Source of the DNA: Candidatus Lambdaproteobacteria bacterium RIFOXYD2_FULL_56_26
GTDB taxonomy: Bacteria > SAR324 > XYD2-FULL-50-16
Reading direction: 5' to 3'
DNA length: 64,000 bases
NCBI GenBank assembly: GCA_001783715.1
Contig: MFNF01000027.1
Location: forward strand, 3,290 to 67,289
The notes beneath the pieces are model-generated. The model made no database searches, had not been told where the DNA came from, and saw nothing but the letters and a program-made list of their open reading frames with translations. Shown here in pieces: positions 54,196-63,500 of the stretch (within the stretch, counting starts at the first letter, position 1; each line of letters opens with the position of its first letter). Made by a program: the position numbers and the translations under genes.

Positions 54196-55069
54196 GGTTG
54201 TTCCCAAGAATTTAAAAAAGCCTGCCTGGCTCAAGGTCAGCCTGCCCAAAGGGCAACTCTTTACCGATGTCAGCCGCCAAACCCACGGCCAAGGCTTACA
54301 TACGGTCTGTGAAGAGGCCAACTGCCCCAACCTGGGGGAATGCTGGAGTTCGGGAACCGCTACCTTTATGTTGATGGGCCAGGAATGCACCCGGGCCTGC
54401 CGGTTTTGCTCGGTGGACACGATGGGCCAGCCGGCCCCGCCGGACCTGGAAGAGCCCCACAAAGTGGCCCGTGCGGCAATGGCGCTGAAGCTCAAGTACC
54501 TGGTCCTGACCACCGTCAACCGGGATGATCTGCCCGACCAAGGGGTAGGGCACCTGACCAATGTAGTGGAGACGGTGCAAACCGCCAACCCGAATCTCTT
54601 GATTGAGCTGCTCTTCCCTGACCTGAGGGGAGACCTGGGGCTGGTGGCCAAGTTGCTGGAGAAACCGCCAATCGTTTTGGGCCACAATCTCGAATGTGTC
54701 CGCCGGGTCACCCCCTTTGTCCGGGACCCTCGGGCCGGTTATGACCAGTCCTTGCAGGTCTTGCGGTTCATCAAGGAACGGCGGCCCCAGCAATGGACCA
54801 AGTCGTCCTTGATGTTGGGCTTTGGGGAGCGGACCAGCGAGGTGTTGGAGGCCATGGCGGACTTGCGGATCGCCGGGGTGGATTTTTTGACTCTGGGCCA
54901 ATACCTCCAGCCCACCAAGTACAAGCTTCCGGTCGCCGAATATGTGACCCCGGAGAAGTTTTCGGAGCTGGAGGAAGAGGGGCGGAAGATGGGTTTTTCT
55001 TATGTCGCCGCCGGTCCGTTGGTCCGCAGCAGCTACAAGGCCTTTGAATATTTTATGAACCGCCTGTGA
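54194..55069 (+). CDS. lipA: Lipoyl synthase.
   Basis: CEEANCPNLGEC plus the radical-SAM CRFCSV cluster motifs. N-terminal KKPAWLKVSLP matches LipA. Start at MVVPKNL. Confidence 0.9.
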   Translation: MVVPKNLKKPAWLKVSLPKGQLFTDVSRQTHGQGLHTVCEEANCPNLGECWSSGTATFMLMGQECTRACRFCSVDTMGQPAPPDLEEPHKVARAAMALKLKYLVLTTVNRDDLPDQGVGHLTNVVETVQTANPNLLIELLFPDLRGDLGLVAKLLEKPPIVLGHNLECVRRVTPFVRDPRAGYDQSLQVLRFIKERRPQQWTKSSLMLGFGERTSEVLEAMADLRIAGVDFLTLGQYLQPTKYKLPVAEYVTPEKFSELEEEGRKMGFSYVAAGPLVRSSYKAFEYFMNRL

Positions 55070-55761
55070 GCCTCGCTTCCTGGCTCAGCCCTGGCCGGTG
55101 GTGCTACCAGTGCCATCGCTGGATTGCCCCGGAGGTCCACCTGCCCGCCCCCTCACTTTGCCCTGCCTGCCACGAGGCCCTGCCCTGGTTCCGGCGGGAG
55201 ATCTGTTTTTTTTGTGGCCATGTCCACTTGAGCGGGGAATGCCGGGAGGACTTTGAGGCGGAAATCACCGACTACCAAGCGATTTTTACCTACCAAGAGC
55301 CGATCAGCCATTGGGTTTCCGGGCTCAAGTATTCCCGCAACCTTTTGGCCGGGCGCATCTTGCGGGCCTTGACTGAAGCTTGGCTGTTGGAGCACAAGGA
55401 TTGGGTTTTGGGCTACGACCTGATGGCCCCGGTGCCGATCCACTCGGCCCGCCTTCGGGTCCGGGGGTTCAACCAGACCAGCTTCCTGGTCGCCCGGCAG
55501 ACCTTGGTCCCCTTGGAGCTCAACCTCCTGCACAAGGTGAAATACACCAAACACCAAGCGGCCCTTCGGGGCAAGTCCCGATACACCAACCTCACAAAAA
55601 GTTTTGCCGCCGATCCGGCAGTGGAAGGCAAAAAGATTTTGCTTTTTGACGATGTCTGCACCACCGGCCAAACCTTAAACCAACTGGCCTACACCCTCAA
55701 ACGAGCCGGAGCCGAAGAAGTCGGGGCACTGAGCCTGGGGCGGACCAAGGGGCAGATGTAG
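55066..55761 (+). CDS. comF: ComF-family protein (phosphoribosyltransferase domain with an N-terminal Cys-rich zinc finger).
   Basis: Paired CxxC motifs (CYQCH..., CPACHE...) and the PRTase motif ILLFDDVCTTGQT. 4-nt overlap with lipA. Confidence 0.75.
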   Translation: MSLASWLSPGRWCYQCHRWIAPEVHLPAPSLCPACHEALPWFRREICFFCGHVHLSGECREDFEAEITDYQAIFTYQEPISHWVSGLKYSRNLLAGRILRALTEAWLLEHKDWVLGYDLMAPVPIHSARLRVRGFNQTSFLVARQTLVPLELNLLHKVKYTKHQAALRGKSRYTNLTKSFAADPAVEGKKILLFDDVCTTGQTLNQLAYTLKRAGAEEVGALSLGRTKGQM

Positions 55762-55874
55762 GTTAAAGGGGATTCCAAAATCGGATATCCAGGAAGCCCC
55801 AGGGCTCACCGCATGGCCTCGAGTGAACCGTTTGTCGGGGTTTATTGATTGAATTTTAATCCAAAAGGAGCAAA

Positions 55875-56420
55875 ATGCGTGGGATTCTGTTGGTTTTTGT
55901 TTTGGCACTGCTGGGGGCGGGGGAGGGGAAGGCTTGGTTGTTTGAGCAAGGAGTAAACGAACCGGAAAAGGTGCACACCGCTGGGCTAGCGTCCAGGTCG
56001 TTTTTGGTTTATGGCCGTGGGCACAAACAGGTGGTCGGGTTCGGCGGGTTCCAGTGGACGGAATTGATCATGGCCCAGTCAAAAAAATTTAATACTGATT
56101 TTTCGGTGGAAGAATCCGGCTTTGTGGTTGGTCCGGTAAACGGGTGGGAGCAAAAGGAAGGCTCCGAATGGGTTGACCTGAACGGCCACGGTCTTGGTGG
56201 GGAGTTCTACTACCAGAAAGGGTTTTATCTCGGGTTTTTTTTCGCCAGCTTGGGGATCAGTGGGGCGGCGGTGGCGGTGGACGGACCGACGCAACAACCT
56301 AGGTTGATCGCCGCCGTCAGCCCCTATGCGGCCCTTTCGGTGATGGTTTACCCCTACGTTTTGTTGGGTTGGAGGTTTGGTTACAATTACGCCGGGATGG
56401 AAATGTACGTGATGTACTGA
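55875..56420 (+). CDS. Secreted, probably outer-membrane, hypothetical protein (181 aa).
   Basis: Signal peptide MRGILLVFVLALLGAGEGKA, alternating hydrophobic beta-strand-like segments, aromatic C-terminus (...YVMY). Confidence 0.45.
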   Translation: MRGILLVFVLALLGAGEGKAWLFEQGVNEPEKVHTAGLASRSFLVYGRGHKQVVGFGGFQWTELIMAQSKKFNTDFSVEESGFVVGPVNGWEQKEGSEWVDLNGHGLGGEFYYQKGFYLGFFFASLGISGAAVAVDGPTQQPRLIAAVSPYAALSVMVYPYVLLGWRFGYNYAGMEMYVMY

Positions 56421-56521
56421 GGACCCCAAAGAGTCCTCGATAATGGAATTTATGGTTCCCCAGCCCCGGCTATTGCATTTTAGACTTTGGTGGCGCAAGG
56501 CTTTACAGCCTGTCTGCGGTT

Positions 56522-57643
56522 TTACTCGTTGTAATACCCCAAGTCCGTAGGCCGGTAGAAGAAGGCCAGGATGTCTTGGTAGCGGTAGTTTTTTTCCGCC
56601 ATTTCCTTGGCTGCCCATTGGCAGAGGCCAACGCCGTGGCCATTGCCTTGGCCGTTGATCACAAAGCCGGATTCGGAAGGGCTGACTTCAAAAAGCAGGC
56701 TGGGCAGCTTTTCGTAACCTACCAGTCGGCGAAAGTCTCGGGCCAAAATCACTTGCCGCTTTTGTCCGGTCAGGATCAATTCAAAGGCCCGGCCTGAAGG
56801 GGTCCGTTGGCCGATCTCTAGGCTTTCTACCTCATCGGGGGCGAGGCCGGCTTGGGCCAGGACCTCAGAGAGCTGGGCCGGACTGACTTGGGTTTCCCAG
56901 AAGTACCGGGGGTCTTCGCTGCCAAAGGGGACTTCGGTGGTGGGGTAGTAGGGCAGGGAAAAGTCCCACAAGGTCCCTGGGTCTTCGGTCACACCGCCAC
57001 AGTTGGAATGGTAGTAGGTCATGGCCAGATGGCCTTGGTAGCTGACCACTACCCCACGGGTCTTTTCAATCGCCTGCCTCGCCCTGGGGTCGGAGACTCC
57101 TTTGCCCAGGTACATTTGGTCGGCGGTGCCCGACTTGAGGTGCCAGAGTGAATTGCGCCGTTCGTGGCGGCGGTAGAGGGCGTAGGTTCGGGCGATGACT
57201 GCTTGGGCCTTGACCGCCTCCATCGCCCAGCTGGTCTTGATCTCCCCGCCCAGCACCCCTTCCAAGTAACTTTCCACCGGGACATGGTTGATCAGGTAAA
57301 CCCCGCCCTTGTGGGGCACCAGCTCCATGAACCCCTCATACCGTTTGGGCCGGTGGCCGTGACGTTTGAGGGTGATTTCCCCTTTGGGGTAGAGATAAAC
57401 CACCGATCGGGTCCGTTGGTAGCCGCCGTAGTTGACCACTCCCCGGCCCTCCGGGGTGACCTCGATCTTGGTCAGCGGCCCTTCCAGTTCCACCCCCTTG
57501 ACCGTCATCCCGCCCCGAGCAGAGAGGCTGTAGGCCTCCAGACCGCTGAAAACCAAGACCTTGAGCTCCGGGTCGGTATATCCGGCGAAGGCCCAATGGG
57601 GAACCAACAAGGCAAACAACAGGGTGAGCAAACGAAGGTTCAT
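56522..57643 (-). CDS. spoIID: SpoIID/LytB domain protein (peptidoglycan lytic transglycosylase/amidase enhancer family).
   Basis: RTYALYRR...HSNCGGVTEDP conserved SpoIID core. Start trimmed to the Met with signal peptide MNLRLLTLLFALLVPHWAFA. The track ORF extends to 57787. Confidence 0.75.
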   Translation of the reverse strand: MNLRLLTLLFALLVPHWAFAGYTDPELKVLVFSGLEAYSLSARGGMTVKGVELEGPLTKIEVTPEGRGVVNYGGYQRTRSVVYLYPKGEITLKRHGHRPKRYEGFMELVPHKGGVYLINHVPVESYLEGVLGGEIKTSWAMEAVKAQAVIARTYALYRRHERRNSLWHLKSGTADQMYLGKGVSDPRARQAIEKTRGVVVSYQGHLAMTYYHSNCGGVTEDPGTLWDFSLPYYPTTEVPFGSEDPRYFWETQVSPAQLSEVLAQAGLAPDEVESLEIGQRTPSGRAFELILTGQKRQVILARDFRRLVGYEKLPSLLFEVSPSESGFVINGQGNGHGVGLCQWAAKEMAEKNYRYQDILAFFYRPTDLGYYNE

Positions 57644-57711
57644 CAAGACCAAGGCAGAGGGGCTAAAAAAGAGTCCTTTAGGTCCAAGGTCAATTCCAGA
57701 ACCGTACCAAA

Positions 57712-58659
57712 TCAGCCTGCCACTTCCACCCGGATCAGGTGCGCCCTGCCTTCGACCATCAGCCCGTCCTTGAGGTCGATCCGCCAACCGCCCTTGCCGC
57801 TTTGGGCCAATTTAAAAATCTCCTCCAGCTGCCGGTGGCCGATTTCCCGGCACCCTTTGTGGAGCAAAAACCGGTGGATCAGCTCCAGGGCAAACAAGGG
57901 CACCAGACCGGCAAGGCTTTGGTAATCCAAGGTGGGGCTGGTCCAAAGGGAGGGATCGAAGGTCTGGTCGAACCAGATTTGCAGGTCTTCCGCCTCGCCG
58001 GCCAGTTTGGCCAGTTTGTCCACCGCCGAGGTCCCCGCCAATTCGCTCATCAGGGGGATCAACTGCCTGCGGATGCGGTTCCTCAAATAGTCGTCACTCT
58101 CGTTGCTGGGGTCTTCCCTCCAGTCTTGGCCGATCCGGTTCAAATAAGCCAAAAGGTCGCCACGAGCCAGACCCAACAGGGGGCGGAACCAAGGCTCCTC
58201 CAGCAGGGTCAGTCCACAAAGCCCAAACAAGGAGGTGCCCCGCAACATTCGCCAGAGCAGGGTTTCGGCCAAGTCGTTTTGTTGGTGGCCCAGGGCGATT
58301 TTGCTGCACTGCATCTCCGCCGCCCGCTCCAACAGGACCCTTCTGCGCCACAACCTGGAGGCTCCTTGGACCCCGGTGGATTCAAAGGGGGCGGCGGGGT
58401 AGTAAACCTCCAGGGGCAGGTTGAGGTTTTTGGCGGTTTCCCGGCAAAAACTCTCTTCTTCCTCCGACTCCGGGCGAATTTGGTGGTTAAAGTGCACCAA
58501 GGTCAATTCCCAATCAAGCGTCTTTTGCCATTCCTGGCAGATCCGTACCAAGGCGGTGGAATCCGGTCCGCCGCTCCAGGAAACCAAAACCCGTTGGCCC
58601 GGAGGCAGCAGGCCCGTTTGGGTCAGGTCCTTGTAAAGTTGGTAGGCCAGCGGGTCCAT
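57712..58659 (-). CDS. tilS: tRNA(Ile)-lysidine synthetase.
   Basis: PP-loop SWSGGPDS, typical TilS N-terminal domain, 315 aa. Confidence 0.8.
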   Translation of the reverse strand: MDPLAYQLYKDLTQTGLLPPGQRVLVSWSGGPDSTALVRICQEWQKTLDWELTLVHFNHQIRPESEEEESFCRETAKNLNLPLEVYYPAAPFESTGVQGASRLWRRRVLLERAAEMQCSKIALGHQQNDLAETLLWRMLRGTSLFGLCGLTLLEEPWFRPLLGLARGDLLAYLNRIGQDWREDPSNESDDYLRNRIRRQLIPLMSELAGTSAVDKLAKLAGEAEDLQIWFDQTFDPSLWTSPTLDYQSLAGLVPLFALELIHRFLLHKGCREIGHRQLEEIFKLAQSGKGGWRIDLKDGLMVEGRAHLIRVEVAG

Positions 58660-58663
58660 GGGG

Positions 58664-59506
58664 CTAGGGAGGGGAAACCTTGAGGTTGTCGATCAGCCGG
58701 ACTTGGCCCAGGTACACCGCCAGACTGACCAGCACCTCGGACTCAATCACGTTGACCGGGCTCAGGTCCTTCGGGTCGGAAATAGCAATGTAATCCACCA
58801 CGGCGGCCACCGAAGACTCGACGATCCCCGCCATCTCGGCGATCAGCTCCGAAGCGTCCTTGGCCCCCGCTTCGATCCGGTCTTTGCAATAAGACAAAGC
58901 TTTGTACAGCAACATCGCCTCGGCCCGTTGGTCCGGGGAAAGTCGGGCGTTGCGGCTGCTCATTGCCAGTCCGTCCGGCTCCCGCAGGGTGGGGCAGGGG
59001 ACGATGGTGAGGCGAAAGTTGAGGTCCTGGACCATCTTTTGGATCACCAAAAGCTGCTGTGCGTCCTTTTCCCCAAAGTAGGCACAGGTCGGGGTGAACA
59101 GGTGGAACAGTTTGGAAACAATGGTGGTTACCCCGTCAAAATGGCCGGGTCTGGCGCTGCCTTCCAGGGGCCTGGAGAGCTCGCCGACCGTGACCTTGCA
59201 GTCGAACCCGGCGGGGTAAATCAGTTCGGGAGCCGGCAAGAAAACCAAGTCGCACCCCGCATTTTCAAGCAACTTGAGGTCCTGCGCCGGGTTCCGAGGG
59301 TAGTTTTTTAGGTCCTCGGCATTGTTGAACTGTAGGGGGTTCACAAAGATACTGACCGCCACCCGTTGGTTTTCCCGTTTGGCCCGCTCCACCAGCGAGG
59401 CATGACCGGCGTGCAGGTAGCCCATGGTGGGGACCAGTCCCAAGGTCTGTTGGGGGGCGGAGTCCAGCCAGGCGAAGAGGTCCTTTGTTTGATCCACAAC
59501 TATCAT
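58664..59506 (-). CDS. panC: Pantoate--beta-alanine ligase.
   Basis: PTMGYLHAGH HIGH motif and PanC fold conservation, 280 aa. Confidence 0.9.
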   Translation of the reverse strand: MIVVDQTKDLFAWLDSAPQQTLGLVPTMGYLHAGHASLVERAKRENQRVAVSIFVNPLQFNNAEDLKNYPRNPAQDLKLLENAGCDLVFLPAPELIYPAGFDCKVTVGELSRPLEGSARPGHFDGVTTIVSKLFHLFTPTCAYFGEKDAQQLLVIQKMVQDLNFRLTIVPCPTLREPDGLAMSSRNARLSPDQRAEAMLLYKALSYCKDRIEAGAKDASELIAEMAGIVESSVAAVVDYIAISDPKDLSPVNVIESEVLVSLAVYLGQVRLIDNLKVSPP

Positions 59507-59573
59507 CTTGGCAGGGGCAGTAGGGTTTGGTAGCCTAGCCTAACCGAAAGTCCCATCCTTTTGCCAGCCTCTT

Positions 59574-60593
59574 TTGATGACGATGCCCAAGAATGGCCTG
59601 TTGTTGGTAAACCTAGGCAGTCCCGATGCCCCCGATGAAGCATCGGTGCGCCGGTACCTCCAGGAATTTTTGAGTGACCCGCGGGTGATGGACATTCCCG
59701 CTTGGAGCCGATTTTTGATCCTCCGGCTGTTTATTTTGCCCAAACGGCCCAAAAAGGTGGCCCCCCTGTACCGTGCGATTTGGACCGACCAAGGCTCCCC
59801 CCTGGTGGCCTATGGGAAACAGTTGGCCCAGGGGGTACAGGAGGCCTTGGGGCCTACCTGGAAGGTTGCCTTGGGGATGCGTTACGGGGAGCCTTCCTTG
59901 GAGAGCGCCTTGGAGCAGTTGCAGGGGATCGGTCACCTGGCTGTGCTGCCCCTCTTCCCCCAGTACGCTTCGGCGACCACCGGTTCGGTGATTGAGCGTC
60001 TGATGGAGTTGCTAGGGGGGCAAAAGGTCTTCCCCCAACTGGCGATCCAACCCAGCTTTTACCAAGACCCGGCCTTTTTGGATGCCTTTGCCCTCCGGGG
60101 GCGGGGGCTGTGGTCCGCCGGGTTTGACCACCTGCTGTTCAGCTTCCACGGCTTGCCCGAGCGACACCTGACCCAAGCGGACCGCACCGGCCATTGTTTG
60201 AACGGCCCCGAATGCTGCAAGGCCCCAGGGGCGGCGGAGCGGGGCTGTTACAAGGCCCAATGTCTGGCAACCGCCCAGGGTCTGGCCGCAAGGTTGGAGG
60301 TCCCCCCGGACCGTTGGTCGGTCGCCTTCCAGTCGAGGATGGGCAAGGAAGTCTGGCTGGGTCCCCATTTCGACCAAGAGCTGGAGCGGTTGGTCCAGGC
60401 GGGGGTCAAGCGGTTGATGGTGTACAGCCCCAGCTTTGTGGCGGACTGCCTGGAAACCTTGGAAGAAATCGGGGTTGCAGGGGCGAAGCGTTTCCGGGCC
60501 TTGGGCGGCGAAGGTCTGGCCTTGGTTCCCTCGCTCAACCAGGGCAGCGATTGGGTGCAGGCGGTGGCCAAATTCGCCGAACGAACCTTCTAA
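59574..60593 (+). CDS. hemH: Ferrochelatase.
   Basis: LLLVNLGSPDAP N-terminus, the conserved His context (HGLPERHL) and the C-terminal metal-ligand region. 339 aa. Confidence 0.85.
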   Translation: MMTMPKNGLLLVNLGSPDAPDEASVRRYLQEFLSDPRVMDIPAWSRFLILRLFILPKRPKKVAPLYRAIWTDQGSPLVAYGKQLAQGVQEALGPTWKVALGMRYGEPSLESALEQLQGIGHLAVLPLFPQYASATTGSVIERLMELLGGQKVFPQLAIQPSFYQDPAFLDAFALRGRGLWSAGFDHLLFSFHGLPERHLTQADRTGHCLNGPECCKAPGAAERGCYKAQCLATAQGLAARLEVPPDRWSVAFQSRMGKEVWLGPHFDQELERLVQAGVKRLMVYSPSFVADCLETLEEIGVAGAKRFRALGGEGLALVPSLNQGSDWVQAVAKFAERTF

Positions 60594-60640
60594 AGCCCCC
60601 CTAAAGCCCCCTTTTTGGCCCTCCAACAGTGGGCCCCACC

Positions 60641-61897
60641 CTACCTAGCCGCATCCTCACGGTTCATGTTGGACAGCACCCGAATGTGGCTCTGGGCGGT
60701 TTGGGCAAAGTTTTTGGCTTTGCTTTGGTCTTTTTTGACCAAGCTTTCCATGGCGGTCAGGGCGACGGCCACCATCTTGGCCTGTTCTCCGCCCTGGAAG
60801 AGCCCGGCGGTGTTGATGGTGGCGGTGGCCAGATTGATGAAAGGGTCGGCCTCAAAGGCCTGGAACACCCCGTGGGGCTCCATCTGGTTGACAGCCGCCA
60901 TGTTTTCCTGGAAGAGGATCCGGCCAATCTGGCGCATCCGTTCCTCGGCTTTTTCCGCCACCGCCAGCTTCATCAGGAGATTGAGCCGGACCGAAGAGAT
61001 GGAGACCCGGCGCAGCGCCAACATCAAGTTGGAAGCGGGCATCGCCTCCAAGAGCCGGTCGATCAAGGGGTGCAAGATCGGCACCCGAGCGAAGGCGACA
61101 GCCATGGCGTAAACGAAGGTGATGGTCTCGGTGGCGTTAAAAAAACCGACCATTTCCTTGGGCTTGCCTGCCTCAATTGCTTCGGCGGCCTTGGCGATCC
61201 GGGCGAAGGTGAAATAATGGGGGTTGGCGTTGGAGAGGATCCGCTTCTTGAGGTGGGAGATGATGTTACTGGCCTTGGCCTCTTCATCGGCCAGGAGCCA
61301 GCCCAGGGTCTCGGCAAAGTCGAGCTTGGCCTTCTCGATGGCCAGTTTTTCCCCCCGCAATTCCTTGTGCAGCTTGTCGAAGTGCCGTTTGTAGCGCTCC
61401 ATCAGGAGGTGATAAAGTCGGAAAAAATTTTCCGCATTGTAAAGGCTGACCCCGTCGTAGATCAAGGCGGAGGCAGCGTCCCGGTTGGCCAGCTTGAGGG
61501 CGCTGAACATGCCCAAGGGGTTGGCGGAATTGACGTTGATCCCGTGGGTACAAATCGCCGAGAGCATCAACAGGCTCGGGTTGTAGGGGTAAAACTTGAG
61601 CTGCTTTTGGATCAAGGCCAGGGTGTTGCCCGGCGACTGGGCGGCCAACTTTCGCAGCTCGTCCAGCTCTGGGTCGGGAAGATCCTTTTTGACCAACCCG
61701 AACAACTGGCTCCCCAGCCTCTTGGTGACGTTGGGCAGGGAGATGCTCCAGTAGTCCGACCGAGCGGGGATCGGCAGGGACAAAGCCTCTTCCAGCCGGA
61801 CCATCAAGGGGCCTTCGCCGGTGATGCTGTCTGAGGGTAGGGGTTTGTTGGGGCTAGCCATAGTTTTGACCCATTTCGGGTCTGGGACAGTTTCCAT
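60641..61897 (-). CDS. Hypothetical alpha-helical protein (418 aa).
   Basis: Clean ORF. No TM segment, signal peptide or recognisable motif. The start may be at Met MASPNKP, 13 codons in. Confidence 0.5.
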   Translation of the reverse strand: METVPDPKWVKTMASPNKPLPSDSITGEGPLMVRLEEALSLPIPARSDYWSISLPNVTKRLGSQLFGLVKKDLPDPELDELRKLAAQSPGNTLALIQKQLKFYPYNPSLLMLSAICTHGINVNSANPLGMFSALKLANRDAASALIYDGVSLYNAENFFRLYHLLMERYKRHFDKLHKELRGEKLAIEKAKLDFAETLGWLLADEEAKASNIISHLKKRILSNANPHYFTFARIAKAAEAIEAGKPKEMVGFFNATETITFVYAMAVAFARVPILHPLIDRLLEAMPASNLMLALRRVSISSVRLNLLMKLAVAEKAEERMRQIGRILFQENMAAVNQMEPHGVFQAFEADPFINLATATINTAGLFQGGEQAKMVAVALTAMESLVKKDQSKAKNFAQTAQSHIRVLSNMNREDAAR

Positions 61898-62092
61898 TCA
61901 AGCCCAAGAGTTGGGCTTACATTTGTTCTTCAAGGGGCATTGGGCTAGACTTTCGACTCTTTTTGCCCCACTATAAAAAAGTCAGGTTGGTCTGGCGGTT
62001 TGACTCTAATCGACCTCTTTTGGTTGATCAAGAATTTCTTTGGGTTGTAGGTTTTTAGCCCCCTGGGAATGGCTTAAAAAACGGAGGTAACA

Positions 62093-62368
62093 ATGGAGAT
62101 CGCCAAACGTCTTTTTGTCGCCGGTCTGGTCCAAGGGGTTTATTACCGGGCCAATTGCCAGCAAAAGGCCCGTGAACTGGGCCTCAAGGGATATGTCAGA
62201 AATTTGCGGGATGGCCGGGTGGAGGTTTTCTGCCAAGGACCACCCGAAGCGGTCCAAGCCTTGGAAAACTGGTGTTGGCAAGGCAGCCACGCCGCCAAGG
62301 TGGAGCAGGTCCAAGCTCTGACGGACCCGCTGGAGCCGGATCTTCACAACTTTAAAATCCTCTATTGA
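62093..62368 (+). CDS. acyP: Acylphosphatase.
   Basis: VQGVYYR and GYVRNLRDGRVE signature motifs, 91 aa, with a ggagg Shine-Dalgarno. Confidence 0.8.
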   Translation: MEIAKRLFVAGLVQGVYYRANCQQKARELGLKGYVRNLRDGRVEVFCQGPPEAVQALENWCWQGSHAAKVEQVQALTDPLEPDLHNFKILY

Positions 62369-62375
62369 CCCTTTT

Positions 62376-63497
62376 ATGTCCAAAACCATCCAGATTTCTC
62401 TGAGTCGCTTGGCCTACCAATATTCCGTCCAGATCGGTTCGGGAATTCTGACCCAAGGGTTGAAGGACCTCTTGCACAAGGAAGGGGAGAAACAGGTGAT
62501 GGTGATCACCAACGAAGTGGTGGATAGCCTTTACCCCCAAAAAATCGAGTCCTGTTTGCCCGAGGGGTACGTTGCGGCCAAGCTGGTATTGCCTGACGGC
62601 GAAAAAACCAAAAACCTGGAGACCCTCTCCAAAATCTACGACTTTTTGGCCCAAAGGGGGGCGAACCGCAAGAGCCTTTTGATTGCCTTCGGGGGCGGGG
62701 TGATCGGAGACATGGGCGGCTTTGCGGCGGCCACCTACATGAGGGGGATCAACTTCATCCAGGTCCCCACAACCCTGCTTTCCCAGGTGGACAGCAGCAT
62801 CGGCGGCAAGACGGCGGTCAACCATCCCCTCTCCAAAAACAGCATCGGTGCCTTCAAGCAGCCCTTGGGGACCTTGATCGACGTGGATTTTCTGGCCACC
62901 TTGGCGGACCGGGAGTTTGTGGCCGGATATGCGGAACTGCTCAAACACGCCCTGATCGCTGACCCATACTTGAACCAAATGCTCAAAAAGCAGTCCTTGT
63001 CGGCGCTGCACCAAGACCCGCACCTTTTGATCGAAGTAATCACTAGGAGCTGTCAGGTCAAGGCCAACGTGGTAGAGCAGGACGAACAGGAGAACTCGGT
63101 CCGGGCGTTGCTCAACTTTGGCCATACCTTGGGGCACTTCCTGGAAACCTACACCCACTACGACCGCTACCTCCACGGGGAAGCAGTGCTGGCGGGGATG
63201 GACTTTGCCGCCTTTTGGTCCCACCAGGAGGGGCACTTGGCCCCCAAGGACTTGGCAGAGGTTCACCGGCAGCTGCTGGCCGCCCAAGTGGTGGTCAAGA
63301 TTCCGCCGGTCTCCAAGGATCGGTTTTTGGAAATCGTTGGGCACGACAAAAAGGCCCAGTCCCAAGGGGTCAATTTTGTGGCCCTAACCGCCTTGGGGAG
63401 CGCAAGGATCGTCCCCAAGGTCCCCTTGGAAAGCCTTTGGCAGGCTTACCAAGCCTATTTGAAGGGCGAATCCCCCTTGATCCTGGAAGAGGGCTGA
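62376..63497 (+). CDS. aroB: 3-dehydroquinate synthase.
   Basis: GGGVIGDMGGFAAATYMRGINFIQVPTTLLSQVDSSIGGKTAVN nucleotide-binding region and the His metal ligands (HTLGH...H), 373 aa. Confidence 0.85.
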   Translation: MSKTIQISLSRLAYQYSVQIGSGILTQGLKDLLHKEGEKQVMVITNEVVDSLYPQKIESCLPEGYVAAKLVLPDGEKTKNLETLSKIYDFLAQRGANRKSLLIAFGGGVIGDMGGFAAATYMRGINFIQVPTTLLSQVDSSIGGKTAVNHPLSKNSIGAFKQPLGTLIDVDFLATLADREFVAGYAELLKHALIADPYLNQMLKKQSLSALHQDPHLLIEVITRSCQVKANVVEQDEQENSVRALLNFGHTLGHFLETYTHYDRYLHGEAVLAGMDFAAFWSHQEGHLAPKDLAEVHRQLLAAQVVVKIPPVSKDRFLEIVGHDKKAQSQGVNFVALTALGSARIVPKVPLESLWQAYQAYLKGESPLILEEG

Positions 63498-63500
63498 ACC

